Assembly (NCBI GenBank): GCA_963517805.1
Contig: CAUQHD010000001.1
Location: 1-44,520, forward strand
Direction: 5' to 3'
Origin: an uncultured Flavobacteriaceae bacterium
Lineage (GTDB): Bacteria; Bacteroidota; Bacteroidia; Flavobacteriales; Weeksellaceae
Length of the DNA: 44,520 nucleotides
Of the stretch, positions 15,584-25,069 are shown in pieces. Numbering within the stretch: the first letter of the stretch is position 1; each line of letters opens with the position of its first letter. Made by a program: the position numbers and the translations under genes. The notes beneath the pieces are model-generated. The model was not told the DNA's origin and made no database searches. It saw nothing but the letters and a program-made list of their open reading frames with translations.

Positions 15584-17176
15584 TTAAAATCGGTTTTTTT
15601 GTTTTGAAATCATATCTTTTCTACTGGTGGTTCTTGGTGGTATAGTGTTGGTAATTGCAGCGATATTAAGTTTAGCAATAGCTGACTGGAGAGCATCGGG
15701 TGCGTCATCATGTGCACCGCTTCCTTTTTTAAAAGCCAAAAGCTGGTCTATCAGTTCTCTGCAGTCTGGAGAATGCTCTAAAGCACTATTGAAAAAAACA
15801 TTATTTCTTTGGAAATATCCCTCCATGCTTTCTATCCTATCAAATTTTCCTGATTTACTCTTATTGTCTGCCATAACAGGAACATGCCAACCTCTAAGGT
15901 CCCCAACCTGGTCAAAATCATTAACAAAGTCATCTTGTGCAAACAGCCCTTCTATCCAATATTGGATATTATAATTTAAAAGATTATTATCTTCTACTAA
16001 GTCATAGAGCCATTCAGCTACATTATGCCTTGAAGTCTGCCGGACAAAACAGTTCAATATATGGAACTCCCGTCCAGTTTTCCCTGCAAAAATCATTGCT
16101 TTATAATCCCCTGCATCCTTATAGGATAAATCGCCGTAAAAACACAAAGCATCATACTGGCGGTATTGCAGGCGCGGTTTATAGTGGATATATTCATTTT
16201 TAAATATCGTTCCTTCTACAATATGCATGTGCATATATTCACGCATAAATGAGCGGTAGGGAGTAGAGATATATTTTTGTTTCCAGTATTCTGCACTAGT
16301 TTTTTCTGGCCAGTTGGGTTCAAAAGTATTTAAATCTTTTACTGCAGGAACAGAAACCAAAAACATGGTAGGCTTCAGCCCTGCATCTTTGAGTTTTTGG
16401 GTAATAACTTTATATTCTGCTTTAAGCTGGTTAATCAGTGTATTTTTATGAAAGTTATTATTAGCTACAATAAATCTTCTGTTTTTACTTCCCTCATCAA
16501 ATGTCCCACGCAAATCTTCCCAAGCATATTCAAATAGTTTAATGGAAAGTTCATCATTAGCACATCGCTGGCGGGTATCCACATCGTCAATTACGATATA
16601 GTCTGGGCGGTTTGCCTCTTCTCTTAAACCTCTTGGCGATTGTCCAGGGGAAGTAGCCATAAATTTGGCACCATCTGTTGTAGTAAAGTCTCCTTCTGCC
16701 CAGTCTCCAAACTTATAACGCTTTCCGTAATAGTGAATAAATATCTGATTATGGCTGATTTGTGCCTGAATATCTGAAATCAGTTTTTTAGCTTTTAAAT
16801 CAGTCTGACCAACCAAAAGCATAAAATGAAGCTTCCCTGTTACATAAAGATACAAGGGAATACCTAAATCTAAATGAACAGATTTTGCTCCAGAGCGGTA
16901 AATTTCTGCCAATACATCACAAACATCATTTTCAATGATGATTTTAGCCAGCTTCGCATGAAACCATGCTGATTTTACTTTTGCATACTGGGGAAACATA
17001 TTTTCAAACCAGTTAATGTAATCCTTTTCCCATTCCAGCCGTTTTTTTCTGCGTTCTGTCGGCGGTTCATTTGGATCAAGCCCTTTGCTGGTTTTTTGGA
17101 CAATGCTTTTACAGTGCTCATCGTAGTTACGGAGCATTTTTTCCATTGCCGTGCTTAGTCTTCCTATTGTGCTCAT
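15584..17176 (-). CDS. Terminase large subunit (Mu gp28-like)
   Basis: 530 aa with a Walker B-like DYIVIDDVD and a C-terminal nuclease motif GSGAHDDAPDALQSAI. Overlaps the small-subunit gene by 1 nt. Confidence 0.8.
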   Translation of the reverse strand: MSTIGRLSTAMEKMLRNYDEHCKSIVQKTSKGLDPNEPPTERRKKRLEWEKDYINWFENMFPQYAKVKSAWFHAKLAKIIIENDVCDVLAEIYRSGAKSVHLDLGIPLYLYVTGKLHFMLLVGQTDLKAKKLISDIQAQISHNQIFIHYYGKRYKFGDWAEGDFTTTDGAKFMATSPGQSPRGLREEANRPDYIVIDDVDTRQRCANDELSIKLFEYAWEDLRGTFDEGSKNRRFIVANNNFHKNTLINQLKAEYKVITQKLKDAGLKPTMFLVSVPAVKDLNTFEPNWPEKTSAEYWKQKYISTPYRSFMREYMHMHIVEGTIFKNEYIHYKPRLQYRQYDALCFYGDLSYKDAGDYKAMIFAGKTGREFHILNCFVRQTSRHNVAEWLYDLVEDNNLLNYNIQYWIEGLFAQDDFVNDFDQVGDLRGWHVPVMADNKSKSGKFDRIESMEGYFQRNNVFFNSALEHSPDCRELIDQLLAFKKGSGAHDDAPDALQSAIAKLNIAAITNTIPPRTTSRKDMISKQKNRF

Positions 17177-17619
17177 TATGCTTCATTTTGGACTTTATGG
17201 AGTAAAAAGAGCTTGTGCCACTCTAAAAAAGAAATAGCAATTTCTGGATCCTGTGTAGCCATCCATGCATCAAATTCTTTAAATACTGCAAAAACGATTG
17301 GAGCAGAAACTCTATCTGACAAGGTCTCAATAACACTGGTAATATCTTTTATTGCCTTAACATCAAGTGTAGCATCCCCACCTTTGGAAAGATGGGTTAA
17401 TTCATTCATTAAAACCTTTTTAATGTTATTAGGAGCAGATAAAAACTGTGTTTTTTTATCATCCCATGAAATATCTCCCTGTATCCCTTTACGCCATCTT
17501 CCTATGGTCTGCTCGGATACATCCAGTGCATTGGCAATAGCTTTCGCTGTCATACCATCCTCTACAAACATACGCTCCGCCATTGCCCTTATAGGTTCAT
17601 TGTTGACTCTTTTTGCCAT
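17176..17619 (-). CDS. Terminase small subunit (Mu gp27/DUF1804-like, HTH)
   Basis: MAERMFVEDGMTAKAIANALDVSEQTIGRWRKG...WDDKK matches the DUF1804 pattern. First gene of the leftward operon. Confidence 0.65.
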   Translation of the reverse strand: MAKRVNNEPIRAMAERMFVEDGMTAKAIANALDVSEQTIGRWRKGIQGDISWDDKKTQFLSAPNNIKKVLMNELTHLSKGGDATLDVKAIKDITSVIETLSDRVSAPIVFAVFKEFDAWMATQDPEIAISFLEWHKLFLLHKVQNEA

Positions 17620-17706
17620 AATTTATATACACTTTTTTGCAAACTTCAATATTTAAAACATTGATTTATAGAAAAGTGGCAACTCTTACCTATAATTTTT
17701 TACCGC

Positions 17707-18858
17707 TTGAATCCTTGCTTTAAGTTTGTAGAAAATTCTGACAAACAGATGATTTTACTAATAGATAAAAACGAGTTATATGCATACGGCACTATATGGA
17801 ATGGGGATGGAATGTTCTTCGTTTCACAGCTGGCACATCTTGAAAAACATTACAATGATATTAAAATAAAACTTCATACTTATGGAGGCTCCGTATTTGA
17901 CGGCAATATTATGTGTAATGCCATAGAAGCAAGTAAGGCTAATATTACTATTGATGTAATGGGGATAGCTGCAAGTATGGGAGCTATATTGACTATGTCG
18001 GCAAAGAAAGTCCGCATAGTAGATAATGGTTATATTATGATACATGCTCCTCATTCTGGGACATATGGCAACGCTAAAAATATGGAAGATACAGCCAAAC
18101 TGCTTAGAATGATGGAAAAGAATTTTATCCAGCGTCTGGGCAAAAGACTTAATCAGCCGGAAGAATCTGTAAAAAAATACTTAGATGGTGATAATTGGCT
18201 GGATGCACAGGAAGCTTTGGAACTGGGTTTTGTATCTGAAATTATACCAGCTGAGATACAGCCGATTTTACCTGTTAAAAATCCAGAAGAAATGGGAGAA
18301 TCTGAAGTGTATAACCTTTATTCAGAACTACTGTTACAGCCGGCCGCATTATCCAGAAATTCTAATCCTGAACAATTTAATTTAGATAATAATATGAAAC
18401 AGTTGTTAATCACTGCTTTTGCTCTGCAATTAACAGAGCAGAGTTCGGACACGGCATTTGTAAATGCCTTAAAAGAAAAATTTAACAGTCTTGAAGGAGA
18501 ATTAAAGACTGCTAAAAATGAAAAAACAGATGCGGAGGCAAAGCTCCACCAGTATGAATCTTCAAGGATTGATACCATGATTGCGGAAGCTGGTGTATCT
18601 GATGACCAGAAAGAAGTGTATAAGAAAATTGGAGAGACTTCGGGAATTGATGCTCTGGCAGTTGTTCTTAAATCTCAACCAAAGTCTCAGGCTCCTAATA
18701 TTTCAGCAATGATACATAAGGGAAATGCAGGAACTGCCGCACGAATGAACTGGGATTTTGACAAATGGCAGAATGAAGATCCTAAGGGGCTGGAAAAACT
18801 GGCGAAAGATGAGCCAGAAGAATTTCAAAAATTGTTTAACGCTAAATACAAAAAATAG
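17707..18858 (+). CDS. ClpP-family head maturation protease fused to scaffold (Mu gpI-like)
   Basis: GIAASMGA (Ser nucleophile context) and MIHAPH, with a C-terminal coiled-coil region. The ORF opens with TTG at 17707; the first ATG at 17749 is an alternative start. Confidence 0.8.
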   Translation: MNPCFKFVENSDKQMILLIDKNELYAYGTIWNGDGMFFVSQLAHLEKHYNDIKIKLHTYGGSVFDGNIMCNAIEASKANITIDVMGIAASMGAILTMSAKKVRIVDNGYIMIHAPHSGTYGNAKNMEDTAKLLRMMEKNFIQRLGKRLNQPEESVKKYLDGDNWLDAQEALELGFVSEIIPAEIQPILPVKNPEEMGESEVYNLYSELLLQPAALSRNSNPEQFNLDNNMKQLLITAFALQLTEQSSDTAFVNALKEKFNSLEGELKTAKNEKTDAEAKLHQYESSRIDTMIAEAGVSDDQKEVYKKIGETSGIDALAVVLKSQPKSQAPNISAMIHKGNAGTAARMNWDFDKWQNEDPKGLEKLAKDEPEEFQKLFNAKYKK

Positions 18859-18860
18859 TA

Positions 18861-19781
18861 ATGGCAGAATTATTAGACGGTTTGTGGTTAGAGCAGTTTG
18901 TAGAACCACAGCTATTAGAAGACATGAGGAATTATAAGGACGATTTTATCGGCGTCCTTAAACCCGCAAATCCCAGTGCAATAGACAAAGATGGGATTAG
19001 ATTTAATAAACTCATTAATAACATTGATTTTGTTGTTAATGCAACAACAGATTTTACTCCAAAGAAAATCAAAGGGGGGAAATCATTTGTAGAATGGGAC
19101 AAGTTAGACACTACTCCAACACCTTACACTGATGCAGAGTTAAGAGCTATGGCTTTTGATAAAGAAGCTGAAATCAGAGTAGAGCATCTAAATTCATTTA
19201 AAATAGGAATCAGAGATTATGTTTTGAACAAACTGGCTCCTAAAAAGAATGTAGATGGAAAAATGCCAGTAATTAGAACCACTGGGGAAGACTTCAACGG
19301 AAGAAAAAGACTTACCTACAACGATTTGGCAGATTTCCTTTTCAACAGGCTGGCAGATATCAATTTCAGAGACCCTAACGGGCTTTATATGATATTAAAC
19401 GCTGAACATAAAGCCGACCTTATCCACGACAGAGCAAATACAAACTTCTATCGTGATTTGGAAATTGATACGGAAACAGGTGCTTTAAAGAGATTCTTTA
19501 ACTTGAAATTCTTTGAAAATGCTGATGCTCCTATTTATGCAGCCAATGGAGAATTAAAATCCATAGGCGCTGTAAAAGCAACTGGCGACCAAAAAGCTTC
19601 TGTTTTATTCTATGCACCTAATACGGTATATCATATTGAAAGCACAAAAGTACTTTTCAAAGATATGAAAAATGATACCAGAAGTAAAGATCCTGAAAGT
19701 GAAATAAGACTACATACTTATGGATTGTGTGATAAGAGACAGGAAATAGGCTTTGGTGCTATTATTTCTGCTAACTCATAA
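18861..19781 (+). CDS. Major capsid protein (by position and size)
   Basis: 306 aa, immediately after the protease-scaffold gene. Confidence 0.6.
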   Translation: MAELLDGLWLEQFVEPQLLEDMRNYKDDFIGVLKPANPSAIDKDGIRFNKLINNIDFVVNATTDFTPKKIKGGKSFVEWDKLDTTPTPYTDAELRAMAFDKEAEIRVEHLNSFKIGIRDYVLNKLAPKKNVDGKMPVIRTTGEDFNGRKRLTYNDLADFLFNRLADINFRDPNGLYMILNAEHKADLIHDRANTNFYRDLEIDTETGALKRFFNLKFFENADAPIYAANGELKSIGAVKATGDQKASVLFYAPNTVYHIESTKVLFKDMKNDTRSKDPESEIRLHTYGLCDKRQEIGFGAIISANS

Positions 19782-19792
19782 AAAGAGAAGTT

Positions 19793-20026
19793 ATGGCAAC
19801 AAAAGAACAAAAAGAATTTGCGGAAAATTTCTTTAATGAAAATCCGCAGATAAAAGTTCTTTATCTCAATAAAAGAGGGGAATTTTTCACTGATATAAAC
19901 TATCTGACCAATTCCCTTCTAAAAGATAAAGATGGAAAATTAGAGAAATACGAAACTATTAAGCGTGGTGCTGAAAACCAAAAACAGGAGGCTCCAGGCA
20001 GTGAAAACCAACAACAAGAAGAATAA
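19793..20026 (+). CDS. Hypothetical head-associated protein (77 aa)
   Basis: TAATG overlap with the next gene. Q/E-rich tail. Confidence 0.45.
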   Translation: MATKEQKEFAENFFNENPQIKVLYLNKRGEFFTDINYLTNSLLKDKDGKLEKYETIKRGAENQKQEAPGSENQQQEE

Positions 20027-21267
20027 TGTCAAATTTACAAGGAGTTAATATACGGAAAGGAAGACTTGGAGCAAATAGATTAAGCTCCGGTGATGCAATC
20101 AGCGGGATTATTATTTCTGCTGTAGCAGTGTCTTCTCTTGCAGTAGACACACCTATTACGGTGTACAACATGAAAGATGTAGAAACTCTGGGAATTACGG
20201 CAGAATACGACAAAACAAACAAGCTGAATTGTTACCGGCATTTGTCTGAATTCTACCGAATGGCTGGAGAAGGGACGGAATTACATTTAATGATTGTCCC
20301 GCAGACAGACACAATGCCTGACATCTGTGAAAACAAAGCAAAAAAGCTGTTAGCTCATGCCAAAGGCGAAATTAAACAGCTGGCGGTTGCAGTGAACCCC
20401 TCCGGAACAGAAGAACCCACGATGCTGAATGGAATTCCTGCGGATGTTTACAATGCAGTTGCAAAGGCGCAGGGACTTGCAGAGTGGGCATATCAGAATA
20501 ATATGCCGCTGCAAATTTTCTTAGAAGGTTATGCTTATGGCGGTAAAGCTTCTACTTCTGCTAATCTAAGAGATATTACAGATTTGAAAGCTGATAAAGT
20601 AAGTGTTATTATCGGTCAGGATTTCAACTATGCAAAAACTCAGAGCGGTAAGGCTCAAAAATTTGCTGATATAGGGACAGCTTTAGGGGTTTGTTCCAAA
20701 GCAACAGTAAACCAAAATATTGGAGAAAATGAAAGCTTCAATATTACTGATGCCGCAAAAGGAATTTGGGTAGAACCAGGTTTATCTTGCCACAAACCTA
20801 ATACAGAAGTATTTTCAGACTTGCAGACCTTGGAAAATAAAGGATATATCTTCGGAATTACTTATGCAGGAATGGCTGGGGTAAGGTGGAATAATGACCA
20901 TACCTGTACACCTGTTATCATTGATTCTGATAATAAGATTAACGAGCATACTATTGCTTATGGCAGAGTTATGAGTAAGGCTGTAAGAGGGCTTAGAAGT
21001 GTATATCTGCCAAAGATTAAAACTAATTGGGCAGTGGATGGGAAAACTAGCAAACTTAGTCCAGGAACAGTAGTAGCATTAGAAGATATTGGTGATAAAA
21101 TGTTTGAGGACATGATAAAACGAGGGGAGATTACTTACGGAAAAACAATTATTGATAAGGAGAGCGACCTCATTGTTGATAAAGTGCTGAATGTGAGTTT
21201 TAAAATTGTTCCTCGTGGCAATATCGGAGAAATTAACGGAACTATTAACCTTAAAACACAAGCATAA
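20026..21267 (+). CDS. Putative tail sheath protein
   Basis: 413 aa. Precedes a 141-aa tube-sized protein and a frameshifted chaperone pair. The family call is positional only. Confidence 0.5.
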   Translation: MSNLQGVNIRKGRLGANRLSSGDAISGIIISAVAVSSLAVDTPITVYNMKDVETLGITAEYDKTNKLNCYRHLSEFYRMAGEGTELHLMIVPQTDTMPDICENKAKKLLAHAKGEIKQLAVAVNPSGTEEPTMLNGIPADVYNAVAKAQGLAEWAYQNNMPLQIFLEGYAYGGKASTSANLRDITDLKADKVSVIIGQDFNYAKTQSGKAQKFADIGTALGVCSKATVNQNIGENESFNITDAAKGIWVEPGLSCHKPNTEVFSDLQTLENKGYIFGITYAGMAGVRWNNDHTCTPVIIDSDNKINEHTIAYGRVMSKAVRGLRSVYLPKIKTNWAVDGKTSKLSPGTVVALEDIGDKMFEDMIKRGEITYGKTIIDKESDLIVDKVLNVSFKIVPRGNIGEINGTINLKTQA

Positions 21268-21692
21268 TGTCAGGTATTATAAGAAATGGAAAGGCTTATG
21301 ATTCTGTAGATGTTAAGGTACAAATCAATGGAATTCCCATTGAAGTAACCTCCTTAACTTACGGAAATGAGCAGGAGCACCAAGCTAATCACACACTTGG
21401 GGAGAATCCGACATCTTGGTCGGTAGGTAAAAAAACACCTTCTGCAAGTATAGGGATAATGATGCATGATATTGTCCCTTTGGAAATGGCTGCTGGCGGA
21501 AGTCTTTTGAAAATCAAACCTTTTGTAATTACAGTAGAATTTGTCAATGAATACAATATCATAGTGGTAGATAAAATCATTGCCAAGTTCAAAAATGAAG
21601 GGCGTGAAGTAACAGGAGATATGGGACTTAAAAAGGAGTACGAACTCTTTGCTTTGTCTGTAAATCTTAATGTACAGGCAGGAAATATTTAA
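21267..21692 (+). CDS. Putative tail tube protein
   Basis: 141 aa, TAATG-coupled to the sheath candidate. Confidence 0.5.
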   Translation: MSGIIRNGKAYDSVDVKVQINGIPIEVTSLTYGNEQEHQANHTLGENPTSWSVGKKTPSASIGIMMHDIVPLEMAAGGSLLKIKPFVITVEFVNEYNIIVVDKIIAKFKNEGREVTGDMGLKKEYELFALSVNLNVQAGNI

Positions 21693-21723
21693 TCTTTAAT
21701 CAATCTTTAAAAACAATTTAAAA

Positions 21724-22050
21724 ATGTCAAATACAATTTATGTCAGCGAAGAAGTAAAAGAGCAGTATAAAAAAGAACATGGAGCAAAACTACGCTCATT
21801 ATTGCTGCCGAAAGATGATTTTGATAACGAAATCATAGAAGTATTGGCCGTTGTTCCCAGCCGTAATGTGGTGGGACAATACTTAAAATTTGTCAATGCT
21901 GATCCTAAGAAAGCACAAGATATTTTGGTAAAAAATACATTGGTGACACACAAAGAGGAAGTACTGGCAGATGATGGGCTGTTCCTTGCTGCTTTTGGAC
22001 TTATTGTGGATTTAATTCCGATGAGACAGGGAAAGTTTGGGAAAGTTTAG
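21724..22050 (+). CDS. Tail assembly chaperone (G-like, zero-frame product)
   Basis: 108 aa with a slippery heptamer near the 3' end and an open -1 frame downstream. Confidence 0.6.
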   Translation: MSNTIYVSEEVKEQYKKEHGAKLRSLLLPKDDFDNEIIEVLAVVPSRNVVGQYLKFVNADPKKAQDILVKNTLVTHKEEVLADDGLFLAAFGLIVDLIPMRQGKFGKV

Positions 22051-22235
22051 AGGGGTGTTCCGGTCTAAGCGATAATCCCGAAAGTGATTTGTATATGAAG
22101 GCTGATGCCTTAATGAGTTTCTTCCTTCATATACCTTTTCCGGAACAACTCTCTGATGAAGTCTGGGCGATGAAATGGGCACAGCTCGGATGGCTCGCTG
22201 AAAAAGGATTTTTAGGAATTAAAAACAAAGAATAA
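21724..22235 (+). CDS. Tail assembly chaperone, -1 frameshift product (GT-like, about 170 aa)
   Basis: After a -1 slip at 22029-22035 the frame stays open for 66 codons (VWESLEGCSGLSDNPESDLYMKADALMSFFLHIPFPEQLSDEVWAMKWAQLGWLAEKGFLGIKNKE). It ends at TAA 22233-22235, overlapping the next ATG. Confidence 0.5.
22029..22035 (+). other. Programmed -1 ribosomal frameshift slippery heptamer G GGA AAG
   Basis: Zero-frame codons GGA (22030-22032) and AAG (22033-22035) fit X XXY YYZ. This is the same heptamer as the phage lambda G/GT site. GGGAAAG recurs at 22039-22045 but in the wrong phase. Confidence 0.55.
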
Positions 22236-22846
22236 TGAATATTAATGATGGTACTTCAGTAGTAATAAATCTTGCTGCAAGATATATCGCCGCCTTTGGT
22301 ATGGTACAGGCAAGCAAATATATCAACAATGTGGTCATTACCAACGAAGAAAACAAATATAAGATTGATTATTTTGATGATTTTAATCCAGAAACCGAAA
22401 CTGTCAGAATAGCCCACAGTTCTATGGAGCTGGTGTTTGGAGATACATTATTAGAGGCAGGAAACAGTGTTTTTGCTCCGCCCTTAATGATGACATTTAC
22501 TAAAGAAAAAGCCCTTATAGAGACTGAAACCAACGGAGATGACAATGTAATTATTGAGCGTTGGACAACCAAACCTTGGGAGATAGAAATAAAGGGAATT
22601 TTAATTGATTTAGAAAACAGGCAGTATCCAAGTGATAAGATTAGAGAACTGCACCAGCTGTTTAAAATCAATGATATTCTGGATGCTTACGGAATTCAAT
22701 TTGAGGAAAAAGATATAGAGGCTATTTACCTTAAAAGCCTTTTTATTACGCCGACAGAAGGATTTGCTGATACAGTACAGTTTTCATTGTCAGCATCAGC
22801 CATTAAATCAGTATCCTGGACATTAGACCAGCCTAACGAATCATGA
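22235..22846 (+). CDS. Tail/baseplate-associated protein (hypothetical, 203 aa)
   Basis: Coupled ORF within the tail cluster. Confidence 0.45.
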   Translation: MNINDGTSVVINLAARYIAAFGMVQASKYINNVVITNEENKYKIDYFDDFNPETETVRIAHSSMELVFGDTLLEAGNSVFAPPLMMTFTKEKALIETETNGDDNVIIERWTTKPWEIEIKGILIDLENRQYPSDKIRELHQLFKINDILDAYGIQFEEKDIEAIYLKSLFITPTEGFADTVQFSLSASAIKSVSWTLDQPNES

Positions 22847-23865
22847 AACCATTTTTAAACATCAACCTTCGGGTAACTATTGCAGATAATATTAAGTTCA
22901 ATGTCGTGGAAAGTATCCGTATTGAAAACAGTACGGAGAAATTCACTGACACTGCAAAAATAGTGCTTCCCCGTGAGTTTAAACAGGCAGTAAAAAATGG
23001 AGATCGATTTTCTATTGCCGACAAGAAACTCTTGGATGTTATAAAAATTGGAGACAGTATTACTATAGAAGCAGGATATAATGGAGAGTATCATACTGAA
23101 TTTGTCGGATATATCACTAAAATAGGTGCTGAAGCTCCAATAGAGATAGAGTGTGAAGACGAGATGTATAAACTCAAAAAAGCACAACCGATAAAAAAGC
23201 TTTATTCGGCAGTAGATTTAAAAGTACTATTACGGGATATTGCCCCTGGCTATGAAATAGAAACCTTTAAAGAAATGCCTCTGGGAAAGTTTGCTGTAAA
23301 TAATGCAACTCCCTACAAGGTAATTGAATATTTAAAGCAAAACTACGGTGTGAGATGTTTTTTTAAGGGTAAAAAACTCATTGCAGGGTTAAATATCAGT
23401 CTTAAACCAGATGCCGTGCATGAATTCAATCTTAATAGGAATGTAAGAGCTGGCAGTAGTTTAGTCTATGAAACCAAAGAAAACCGTAAAAGATGGATAA
23501 AAGCCATAAGTAAGCAAAAAGGAAATTCCAAAGAGGTTACCTACGAGTTTGGAGAACAGGGAGAAAGTGAAATTACTTTACATGGTCCCATTAACCTAAA
23601 TCAAGCCCAGCTAAAAAAGTGGGCAGAAGACTATTATAAAAGTTTAGTATATGACGGGTACAGCGGTGATTTTAATTCTTGGGGAATTCCCAGAACTAAG
23701 GCTGGTGATTCTGCAAAAATTACAGACCCTAACTATCCGGATAAGCACAGAGACGGTATATTTTATATTTCATCTGTGGTAATAGACATCAGCGAAAGTC
23801 AAGGCTTTCAAAGAAAAAATACAATAACATTTAAAATTAAAGACAAAGACTATGCAGATATTTAA
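22843..23865 (+). CDS. Baseplate hub / late control D-like tail protein
   Basis: 340 aa, ATGA overlap. The N-terminal pattern PFLNINLRVTIADN...ESIRIENSTEKFTDTAKIVL resembles the gpD/Mu P family. Confidence 0.45.
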   Translation: MKPFLNINLRVTIADNIKFNVVESIRIENSTEKFTDTAKIVLPREFKQAVKNGDRFSIADKKLLDVIKIGDSITIEAGYNGEYHTEFVGYITKIGAEAPIEIECEDEMYKLKKAQPIKKLYSAVDLKVLLRDIAPGYEIETFKEMPLGKFAVNNATPYKVIEYLKQNYGVRCFFKGKKLIAGLNISLKPDAVHEFNLNRNVRAGSSLVYETKENRKRWIKAISKQKGNSKEVTYEFGEQGESEITLHGPINLNQAQLKKWAEDYYKSLVYDGYSGDFNSWGIPRTKAGDSAKITDPNYPDKHRDGIFYISSVVIDISESQGFQRKNTITFKIKDKDYADI

Positions 23866-24388
23866 AGCTGTATTTGGGGTATTGCTTTTGCTGTTTTGTC
23901 TTACAGGCTGTAAGACCTACAAAGAACCGCAACCCATTACACAGAAAGAAACAGAAATCGTAACGAAAACGATTACAAAAACACAAAGAGACACCATTAT
24001 ACAGGTAAAAGCCGACAGTTCTTATTACGAGGCTTACATAGACTGCAGGGATGGAAAGCCCAAAATATTAGACCATTCTTCTGGGAAACCTCAAAAAGTA
24101 AGACCAGGTAAGAACTTAAAGCCTCCTACCGCTAAAATAGATGAAAACGGAAAACTACAGGTAAGCTGTGAAAGTTTAGAGCAACAATTAACTGTGGCTC
24201 TTTGGGAAAATCATATTTTAGAATCAAAACTCAAAGAAAAAACTATTATTCCGCCTCCTGTTGAAATAGAAAAAAAACTAACATGGTGGCAAAAACTCTA
24301 TATAAGAACAGGGCAGTTATCTATACTTATATTGTTAATTTACTTAGGATTTAAAATACCGTGGAAGCGTTTAATGAAGCTGTTTTAA
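23852..24388 (+). CDS. Lipoprotein with C-terminal TM anchor (u-spanin-like architecture)
   Basis: Lipobox LTGC after a hydrophobic signal (MQIFKAVFGVLLLLFCLTGC). C-terminal hydrophobic helix QLSILILLIYLGFKIPW. Overlaps both neighbouring genes. Confidence 0.5.
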   Translation: MQIFKAVFGVLLLLFCLTGCKTYKEPQPITQKETEIVTKTITKTQRDTIIQVKADSSYYEAYIDCRDGKPKILDHSSGKPQKVRPGKNLKPPTAKIDENGKLQVSCESLEQQLTVALWENHILESKLKEKTIIPPPVEIEKKLTWWQKLYIRTGQLSILILLIYLGFKIPWKRLMKLF

Positions 24389-24858
24389 GAGTTGTTAAAG
24401 GTTATCATTCCCAGACTACCTCATTGGTAACTATGGGAATAGTGAAAGAGATAACAGGTTCTACCTGCATGGTAGAGCGGGAGAACCTGCCTCCTTTACA
24501 AGATGTAAGGCTAAATGCCATTGAGGGGGATTTTGACAATCATATTTTAATTATTCCTAAAATAGGCTCCAAAGTCCTTTGTTTAGTGATTGGAGACCAA
24601 AACGAAGAAACAGCCATTATTAAATATACCGAGATTGAAAAAGTAATCATCCAAATTGAGGGAGCAAAATTTGAAATGAGTGGAGGAAAGTTTCAATTTA
24701 AAAATAATAGAGCTGACCTAAAAGAAATTCATAACGAACTGCTGGAAACCCTTAATAATGCAATAATATTGACACCTAATGGAGCTGGTAGATTTGCTCC
24801 AACAACAAAACAAAAGTTAAACCAAATCAAGACCAAAAACAATGAACTATTTGAATGA
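24361..24858 (+). CDS. Baseplate assembly protein V-like / spike
   Basis: MGIVKEITGSTCMVERENLPPLQDVRLNAI...PKIGSKVLCLVIGDQNEETAII resembles the gpV OB-fold pattern. GTG start at 24361; alternative ATG at 24433. Confidence 0.45.
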   Translation: MEAFNEAVLRVVKGYHSQTTSLVTMGIVKEITGSTCMVERENLPPLQDVRLNAIEGDFDNHILIIPKIGSKVLCLVIGDQNEETAIIKYTEIEKVIIQIEGAKFEMSGGKFQFKNNRADLKEIHNELLETLNNAIILTPNGAGRFAPTTKQKLNQIKTKNNELFE

Positions 24859-25066
24859 TAACGCTTTAAAACAAGGGCTTATTAAACTTCAAAAAGAGAT
24901 GATTACTAAGGAAGATGATGCTTTTGAATATTGGGCTGATGAAATGGTTAAACTAATCAAAGCTTATATAAAGTCTGGAAAAGTAACTGTTAAACCAGGA
25001 ATAAATGTAAATACAACAGGAGGGTCTGGAGCAACAACTACTGAAGGAATCGGTACAATCAGCTAA
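24842..25066 (+). CDS. Hypothetical baseplate-cluster protein (74 aa)
   Basis: Overlapping ORF in the operon. Confidence 0.4.
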   Translation: MNYLNDNALKQGLIKLQKEMITKEDDAFEYWADEMVKLIKAYIKSGKVTVKPGINVNTTGGSGATTTEGIGTIS

Positions 25067-25069
25067 ACT

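Noticed and set aside
17213-17656. 147-aa plus-strand ORF
   Set aside because: It is an exact antisense shadow of the small terminase gene, which has a clear DUF1804-like HTH pattern.
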